From: Oceanispirochaeta sp.
Lineage (GTDB): Bacteria; Spirochaetota; Spirochaetia; DSM-2461
Length of the DNA: 64,000 nt
Direction: 5' to 3'
Assembly: GCA_963663385.2 (NCBI GenBank)
Contig: CAXXXD010000002.1
Location: 1,408,001-1,472,000, forward strand
The notes under the pieces were generated by a model that ran no database searches, was not told the origin of the DNA, and saw only the letters and a program-made list of their open reading frames with translations. The number at the start of each line of letters is the position of its first letter. The stretch's first letter is position 1. Positions 57,700-64,000 of this stretch are shown here, one piece after another. Both the position numbers and the translations under genes were made by a program.

Positions 57700-58894
57700 T
57701 GCTGACGCACTCCTTAATCCGGTAACGGCTGCCTATTTTCTGAACCGAATCTGTCACACGGTATAACTGATCCATTGTCATATCCGGAAAGAGGGGAAGG
57801 CTGATAACTCTCCTGAAGCTGTCCGCGGCAAAGGGGAAATCCTCCTCTGTGAAGCCGTATCGGTTCTTGTAGTAGCTCATCATATGCAGGGGTTTGTAGT
57901 GGACGGAAGTCCCGATACCCTCATTCTGAAGTTCTTCGATAAAGCGGTTCCGTGATATGCCGAGTTTCTCTGTCCGGATTTTTATCCAGAACAGATGCCA
58001 GGCATGTTCATCCTTCCAGGAGGGGAGTTCAATAAAATCCAGCTCTCCCAGAGCAGCAAGATAGGCTTTCACCAGCCGCTGTCTCCTCTCCATCATATCT
58101 TCCGCCCGTCCAAGCTGGATTCTTCCGATTGCAGCAGCCAGGTCGGTCATATTGTATTTGAATCCGGGAGCCACAACATCATACTCCCAGGCTGCCTTAT
58201 TCGAGGTGTAACGATCCCAGGCAGCCCTGTCAATGCCGTGAAGGCGCATAATTTCCATCCGTCTGGCCAACTCCGGATGAGAGACTGCTATCATACCTCC
58301 TTCTCCGGTCGTTATGGTTTTATTGGCGTAGAATGAGTAGACTCCCGCATCTGTGTAGGTCCCGACAAAACCCTGTTCCGTCCAGACAGGAAAACAGTGG
58401 GCGGCATCTTCGACCAGAAACAGATCATTCTGCCGGGCCAGATCGTGCAGGTCTTTCAGAAATTGGGGATCCCCCCCAATGTGAACGGGCAGGATCCCTT
58501 TAATACTCCGTTTCTTCTCTCTGAGTTTTCTGATGGCATCCTCTGTTTTTTCCGGATCCATATTCATCCCGCGGGGACCCATGTCCACAAACCATGGATC
58601 GGCGCCGCAGTACCGGACAACTTCCGCTGTCGCCGTAAAAGTATATGTGGGAAGGAGAACGGTATCTCCCGGACCGACTCCCATGGCTTCCATGGCAAGG
58701 TGAAGACCGGCGGTTGCGGAATTCACAGCCAGTGTATGAGCCGCCCCCGAGAAATCGGCAAACTCCTTCTCAAAAGCAAGGGTTTCTTTTCCTGTTGTGA
58801 GCCATCCGCTGCGCAGCACGCGCAGTACAGCTTCTTCTTCCTCTTTCCCGATTGACGGGCGTGAGAAGGGGATAAAATCAGTATTCCGGTTCAT
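57692..58894 (-). CDS. DegT/DnrJ/EryC1/StrS nucleotide-sugar aminotransferase
   Basis: SGWLTTG, NSATAGLH, EDAAH, SFYANKTITTGEGG, GFKYNMTD. Confidence 0.93.
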   Translation of the reverse strand: MNRNTDFIPFSRPSIGKEEEEAVLRVLRSGWLTTGKETLAFEKEFADFSGAAHTLAVNSATAGLHLAMEAMGVGPGDTVLLPTYTFTATAEVVRYCGADPWFVDMGPRGMNMDPEKTEDAIRKLREKKRSIKGILPVHIGGDPQFLKDLHDLARQNDLFLVEDAAHCFPVWTEQGFVGTYTDAGVYSFYANKTITTGEGGMIAVSHPELARRMEIMRLHGIDRAAWDRYTSNKAAWEYDVVAPGFKYNMTDLAAAIGRIQLGRAEDMMERRQRLVKAYLAALGELDFIELPSWKDEHAWHLFWIKIRTEKLGISRNRFIEELQNEGIGTSVHYKPLHMMSYYKNRYGFTEEDFPFAADSFRRVISLPLFPDMTMDQLYRVTDSVQKIGSRYRIKECVSSG

Positions 58895-60350
58895 TTTCTG
58901 GTACCTGCATGGAGGGAAAATATTCCTGAAGGATAGTTCTCAGGCTGTGACGGTTTCGATAAAGTCCGGGATTTTCCGGATCAAAAAAGCAGATGGAGGA
59001 AACTTTTTCTGCAATCACAGAAGCAGGCACTGCGCCGGCATCCGGTTTTACTTTAAAAATCCTGGCATACTCTGTCTGTACGGGGTCTTCGAGTTCATTC
59101 CATAACTTCTCAATTATCTTCTCACCGGGGCGCATTCCTATAAACTGTATGGGTATATCCGATTCCCTGTAACCATAGAACCGTATCATCTGCCTGGCCA
59201 GGTCCAGGATTTTTATGGGTTCTCCCATGTCCAGAATATAAAGCCCGCCGTTGTGTCCGACTCCTCCGGCTTTAAGAACCAGGGAGGAAGCTTCCGGGAT
59301 GGTCATAAAGTAGCGGGTTGTATCGGGATGGGTAACTGTCACAGGCCCCCCTGTGAGAATCTGCTCTTTGAAGAGGGGGATGATGCTCCCTCTGGAGCCC
59401 AGCACATTCCCGAAACGCACTACCATAAAATCCAGGCCCTTTTTCCTCTTCTCCAGAACAAGCATCTCTGCCAGCCTTTTGGTCACACCGTAAACGCAGG
59501 AGGGGTTTACCGCCTTATCGGTCGAAATCAGAACAAGCCGCGGCACTCCAACCTCTTCGGCTGCACGGATCAGATTCAGGGTACCGAAAACATTGTTTTT
59601 TACAGCTTCCACCGGATTCACTTCCATCATGGGTACATGTTTATGAGCGGCACAATGAAAAATAACATCCGCTTTCAGGCGTTTCAGAATAAAATCCATG
59701 TAGTTACGGTCCTGCAGATCCCCTATTACAGGCACGACAGTCGCTCTCTCTCCAACGCCACCTTCCTGCAGGAGGCGCAGTTCCTTTTCAATCCGGTAGA
59801 TGCTGTTTTCTCCATGTCCCAGCAGGTACAGGCGTTCCGCACCGCCCGACAGGAGCTGACGGGCCAGTTCGCTGCCGATGCTTCCTCCCGCGCCTGTAAT
59901 CAGGACTCTTTTCCCTCGCAGGTAGGAGAGGCTTTCAAACAGATCAATCGAGACGGGAGTGCGGCCCAGAAGGTCCTCAGGGTTTATATCACGGGCCTGA
60001 ATAAGATGGGCATGACCGTTTACAATCTGTGAAATGTTGGGGAGTATCCGGATGCGTGTAAACTCTGCCTTGCTCAGTGTGCTGTATATTTTTGACAGCT
60101 CTTCCCGGGTTGCTGTCGGGATGGCTATGATGGCTTCGTCTGCCGGAGTGGTCGTCAAAATCCTTGTAAAAGCATTGATAGGTCCCAAAACAGGAATCCC
60201 ATTGATTTCCGTTCCTATCTTTTCCGGGTTATCATCGAGGAAGGCCACCACTTCGCCGGCTGTTTTTCTGCTGTTTATCTCTTCTGCAATATTGGTTCCG
60301 GCAAATCCGGCGCCAATTATAAATATTCTGGTCTTTTTCTTTGTACTCAC
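58878..60350 (-). CDS. UDP-GlcNAc 4,6-dehydratase-like (CapD/PglF family), no N-terminal membrane domain
   Basis: GAGFAG CoA-binding-like domain, TGAGGSIGSEL, HCAAHKHVP, ISTDKAVNP, RFGNVLGSRGS, RPGEK. Confidence 0.92.
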   Translation of the reverse strand: MSTKKKTRIFIIGAGFAGTNIAEEINSRKTAGEVVAFLDDNPEKIGTEINGIPVLGPINAFTRILTTTPADEAIIAIPTATREELSKIYSTLSKAEFTRIRILPNISQIVNGHAHLIQARDINPEDLLGRTPVSIDLFESLSYLRGKRVLITGAGGSIGSELARQLLSGGAERLYLLGHGENSIYRIEKELRLLQEGGVGERATVVPVIGDLQDRNYMDFILKRLKADVIFHCAAHKHVPMMEVNPVEAVKNNVFGTLNLIRAAEEVGVPRLVLISTDKAVNPSCVYGVTKRLAEMLVLEKRKKGLDFMVVRFGNVLGSRGSIIPLFKEQILTGGPVTVTHPDTTRYFMTIPEASSLVLKAGGVGHNGGLYILDMGEPIKILDLARQMIRFYGYRESDIPIQFIGMRPGEKIIEKLWNELEDPVQTEYARIFKVKPDAGAVPASVIAEKVSSICFFDPENPGLYRNRHSLRTILQEYFPSMQVPENEPEY

Positions 60351-60522
60351 CAAATCAGAATAGCATAGCCCGATTGATTAGTTAATAGAAAACTGCCATT
60401 TTAAAGGCGGGGACGATTTCTTGTATAAAACACTTCTAAATCCTGAAATTACGCCGATAATATGAAAAACCTCTTATGGTCTTTAGAGAACCTGACAGAA
60501 GAGAAGGATAACGGGAGACAGA

Positions 60523-60978
60523 ATGAGAAAGTATTTATCCGGAAAAATATTTCCAGCAGGAATACTGGCTGCATTACTGCTGATGACAGATTTGACAGCG
60601 CAGACAGCCATAGTGAATGCTCAGCCCCTGAGCCCTGCGGCGGAAGCTGCTGCAGACTATACAAAAGATGTGGAAACGGGACTGTTGGAATACCTCTTTG
60701 ATCTGGGGTATATCATTTTCAATCAATCTACAGCAGACTCAGCTCCCGTACTGGTTGAGCTGGGAAAAGAGACCGGAGCGGATATTGTTATAGACTGGTC
60801 CCAGAACTCCGAAGGCCTTGACGGCTCTCTTATTGACTGCCGGACAGGACAGACAATAAGGGCCGTCACAATTGATCAGAAGGTTTTTGAGGACATATAT
60901 AAAAATAATGATCATGAAATGTATTCCGCAATGGGATATCGTTTATGTGAAGAGATGATACCGGATGAATGGAATTAA
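60523..60978 (+). CDS. Hypothetical exported protein
   Basis: 151-aa ORF with GGGAG RBS and a signal-peptide-like N-terminus. Confidence 0.6.
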   Translation: MRKYLSGKIFPAGILAALLLMTDLTAQTAIVNAQPLSPAAEAAADYTKDVETGLLEYLFDLGYIIFNQSTADSAPVLVELGKETGADIVIDWSQNSEGLDGSLIDCRTGQTIRAVTIDQKVFEDIYKNNDHEMYSAMGYRLCEEMIPDEWN

Positions 60979-60994
60979 GGCAGGAGCTTCAAAA

Positions 60995-62131
60995 ATGATG
61001 GATTTTACGAAAAAACCGGGAAGAACGACTCTTATCGGATTATTACTGACTCTGGCGCTGGTCTGGTCTGTTACTGCCGAACCGGTCTGGTCCGGCAATG
61101 CATCTGTGGATAGTACGGAATTTATCAATTTTGTTGAGGATACTCCTCTGGCAGGAGCCTCAAGTTCATTCACCAGAAATACGGTTGTGGAAGTAACAAA
61201 TCCCCAGAACGGCAGAACTATTGAGGTGACAATAGTAAAAAGGGCTCCCAGACCGGGTGTCTTTCTCGTTTTGAGCGGGCAGGCCGGAGAGGCGCTGGAT
61301 TTTCCCGCTGATCAGGTCATCCCCGTTCAGGTCCGTGTCGTAACCGATAAGGAGGAGTCGGGTTATGACAGCCGTTTTGAAAGTACGGATCCCGATATCA
61401 ATCCTGCCGTTAATCTGCCTGCCAGCGAAGCCTCTGCCCTGGTACCCCCCGATCCGGAAGGGACTGTGGTGTCCGGCGATACAGAAGCCGGGCTCTCCCT
61501 GACTGAGGCGGCAGAAGATATTCCTGTGGATTCAGAGATAAGGGATCTCCCTCCCGAGACAGATTCCTTTCTGGATGAACCTGTTCCGGTACCCCTTCCA
61601 GCCGAACCGGAAGAGCTGCTTGCTCTGGCAGAGGAGACTCCCGATAAAGGAGATGTTCTGCCGGAGGAAACAGAAGAGTCTGTTCCGGAGGTTGAAGTAA
61701 CAGAAACTCCCGTTATAGACAGCGTGGCGGAAGTTCCCGCAGAGTTGATCCCGGAAAATCCGGATGAAGACAATGTCATCTACTTTCTGACACCCTCTGA
61801 TTTCAGACCTCCCGTTGCTCCTGTTGAAACAGCGGAGGAAGAAATTGTACCAGTCTATGTGGAAAGGGACGTTCTGGAAGATCAAATCGCGGATCAGTTG
61901 AAAAACGGATCTTCCTATATTCAGCTGGGAGCTTATACAAGTGCGGAAATTGTGTATTCCGAAATGGAGAGTATCGCATCCCGGTACCCCATGATTGTAT
62001 GGACTGACAAGGTGGATAAAGAAACCGTATACAAGCTTCTGATCGGTCCTCTGACCAGTGATGAAACCGGTGTTCTGGTTTACCGTTTTCGGGCCGGGGG
62101 ATACCCCGATCTTTTTCTGTACAAACCCTGA
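60995..62131 (+). CDS. Exported protein with RlpA-like N-terminal domain, acidic linker and SPOR domain
   Basis: TVVEVTNPQNGRTIEVTIV (double-psi barrel-like), E/P-rich linker, YIQLGAY...YKLLIGP. Confidence 0.8.
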   Translation: MMDFTKKPGRTTLIGLLLTLALVWSVTAEPVWSGNASVDSTEFINFVEDTPLAGASSSFTRNTVVEVTNPQNGRTIEVTIVKRAPRPGVFLVLSGQAGEALDFPADQVIPVQVRVVTDKEESGYDSRFESTDPDINPAVNLPASEASALVPPDPEGTVVSGDTEAGLSLTEAAEDIPVDSEIRDLPPETDSFLDEPVPVPLPAEPEELLALAEETPDKGDVLPEETEESVPEVEVTETPVIDSVAEVPAELIPENPDEDNVIYFLTPSDFRPPVAPVETAEEEIVPVYVERDVLEDQIADQLKNGSSYIQLGAYTSAEIVYSEMESIASRYPMIVWTDKVDKETVYKLLIGPLTSDETGVLVYRFRAGGYPDLFLYKP

Positions 62132-62304
62132 TATTTTTAATTCTGATTCTTTTTTTGCCCCGGATACTTTTCCGGGGTATAATTTTTATAACTTTTAAAA
62201 ACTTCTTTTTTTTGCCTATGGACAATAAAGGACTATAACGGACATAATAGGTCATAAAGTGATTGAAATTATTCCCGTCAGACGGGTTGTATAAAGAGGT
62301 TCCC

Positions 62305-62766
62305 ATGAAATTAAAGGATGTTGTATCAAAAGAGTGCTGCTTTCTTCTGAACGAAAGCAGGAAAACCGAAGTCTTGATCGAAATGATGGAGCGTATCCAT
62401 GCCGAGGGATTGGTAGCTGATCTTGATAATCTGAAAAAAGAGATTTTTTACCGGGAGCAGCTGATGAGCACGGGGATCGGTGTCGGTATAGGGCTCCCCC
62501 ATGTCCGCTTCAAAGGGGTAGACAAACCGTTAATAGCTGTGGGACTTAAAAAAAGCGGCATAACCGATTATGAAAGTATCGATAAGGAAGATGTTAGAAT
62601 CGTTATTATGATAATTGTGGGAGAATTTCAGCATAAGGAACATATCCGCCTCCTTTCGCAGGTTATGGAGAAACTCAAAGAGAAGGAAGATCGGGAAACT
62701 CTCATTCAGTCTGAAAACTCTGAAGAAATCTACAACTTCCTCACAGGAGAAAATGAAAATGACTGA
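62305..62766 (+). CDS. PTS IIA (fructose/Ntr-type) domain protein
   Basis: REQLMSTGIGVGIGLPH, HIRLLS. Confidence 0.9.
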   Translation: MKLKDVVSKECCFLLNESRKTEVLIEMMERIHAEGLVADLDNLKKEIFYREQLMSTGIGVGIGLPHVRFKGVDKPLIAVGLKKSGITDYESIDKEDVRIVIMIIVGEFQHKEHIRLLSQVMEKLKEKEDRETLIQSENSEEIYNFLTGENEND

Positions 62767-64000
62767 GATTCTGACAGGGCATATAAATATCATCCTGCTG
62801 CTCGGAGTTGTTCTTTCCCTGGGTACTCTGGGGGGGAGATTCTTTCAGTTTCTTAAAATCCCGCAGGTTGTGGGTTATATTGTTATTGGTATTATTCTGG
62901 GGCAATCCGGAATAAAAATGATCAATATCAATATTGTGGAAGATCTGAAATACTTCAGCTCCTTTGCTCTGGCTATCATCGGGTTTATGATAGGCGGGGA
63001 ATTGAAAATCAAGGTGCTGAAGAAATATGGCAAGCAGTTTGCCTGGATACTTTTTCTTGAGGCATTTGTCGCTTTCCTGGTTGTCTCCGTGCTTATCACA
63101 TTTGCCGCCATGTTCCTTTTTCATGATATAAAACTGGCTGTTTCTCTTGGTCTTCTTCTGGGAGCCATCTCCTCGGCAACCGCCCCGGCGGCAACTACCG
63201 ATGTTCTTTGGGAGAATAAAACCCGCGGCCCTCTTACCTCTACGGTACTGGGGCTTGTAGCCATGGATGACGGTGTGGCTCTGCTCCTTTTTGCAGTAGC
63301 TACGAGTGTAGCAGGTGCTCTTACAGGGGAAGTAACAGTCAGTCTCGGTATCAGCATTCTCAAACTGGTTTATGAAGTAGGTGTTGCCATACTGCTTGGT
63401 TCCTTCATGGGCTGGTCCCTGTCCAAACTCATCCGCGGCTATATAGAAGAGGATAAAATCCTGGTTTTCTCTATCGGGGCCATCCTTCTTATTATCGGTC
63501 TGACTCAGCTTCTGGAACTGGATATGATACTCTGTGCCATGTCCATGGGTTTTTTTATGTCAAACTTCTCTCCCAAAAGGAGTAAAGTCCTTTTTTCTCT
63601 GGTCGAGAAATTTGCGCCTCCCATCTATGTTCTGTTTTTTGTGCTGGTGGGAGCCAAACTGAATATATGGGCCATAACAGGTCTTGTAGCTGTGCTGGCT
63701 ATTCTTTTTCTGATAGGCCGGACCGGGGGAAAGTTTCTGGGTGCTTTTATGGGAGCCAAAATCTCCCATGCTCCCGACAGTGTGAGAAAATACCTTCCTT
63801 TCTGTCTTCTCAGTCAGGCAGGTGTGGCTGTCGGTCTGTCCATTGTGGCGGGACAGACATTTCAGGGGCCCCTGGGCAATATTATTGTTATGGTTGTTAC
63901 CACTTCCACCTTTATCGTACAGATCCTGGGACCTCCCTTTGTAAAATACGCTGTAAAACAGGCTGGAGAGATCGGTCTGAATATAACAGAGGATGATCTA
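62759..64000 (+). CDS. Cation:proton antiporter (CPA family), runs off the window
   Basis: Not in the ORF track. Hand translation gives MTEILTGHINIILLLG...KIPQVVGYIVIGIILG, IGFMIGGEL, ATAPAAT, VAMDDG, FFVLVGA, SQAGVAVGL. Confidence 0.9.
   Translation, partial: MTEILTGHINIILLLGVVLSLGTLGGRFFQFLKIPQVVGYIVIGIILGQSGIKMININIVEDLKYFSSFALAIIGFMIGGELKIKVLKKYGKQFAWILFLEAFVAFLVVSVLITFAAMFLFHDIKLAVSLGLLLGAISSATAPAATTDVLWENKTRGPLTSTVLGLVAMDDGVALLLFAVATSVAGALTGEVTVSLGISILKLVYEVGVAILLGSFMGWSLSKLIRGYIEEDKILVFSIGAILLIIGLTQLLELDMILCAMSMGFFMSNFSPKRSKVLFSLVEKFAPPIYVLFFVLVGAKLNIWAITGLVAVLAILFLIGRTGGKFLGAFMGAKISHAPDSVRKYLPFCLLSQAGVAVGLSIVAGQTFQGPLGNIIVMVVTTSTFIVQILGPPFVKYAVKQAGEIGLNITEDDL

Noticed and set aside
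61380..61850. Acidic E/P-rich stretch as a tandem repeat
   Set aside because: Low-complexity linker without a repeating unit, common in SPOR proteins.

Overview
Gene-dense 64 kb chromosomal segment that most likely comes from a free-living anaerobic spirochaete. This is an inference from the short AlaRS, the second FliG paralogue, pcnB and the capD-degT-xdh-like block. It contains: housekeeping genes (hrpA, hisS, pcnB, alaS, hisZGB, rsmD, recG, dnaE); a complete rnfCDGEAB operon flanked by an unknown membrane gene and a catalytically degenerate GH57 protein; an anaerobic purine/ureide catabolism cluster (ygeW, carbamate kinase, ygeY, ssnA, ygfK and two PLP enzymes) split in two by an ~11.5 kb sugar block (truncated PAS-GAF sensor, two GH130s, a GT4, two LacI regulators, a sugar ABC transporter); and a three-gene xanthine-dehydrogenase-like complex. 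That complex keeps its FAD and [2Fe-2S] motifs but has lost its molybdenum-cofactor motifs, and it is translationally coupled to a nucleotide-sugar dehydratase and aminotransferase. It is the best candidate for an undescribed system here. Non-coding signals include a tandem operator shared by both halves of the purine cluster, LacI operators, a candidate ~70-nt sRNA, a MITE-like element and REP-like repeats. I saw no rRNA, tRNA, CRISPR array, transposase or prophage. All calls are motif recognition by eye; no database searches were run.
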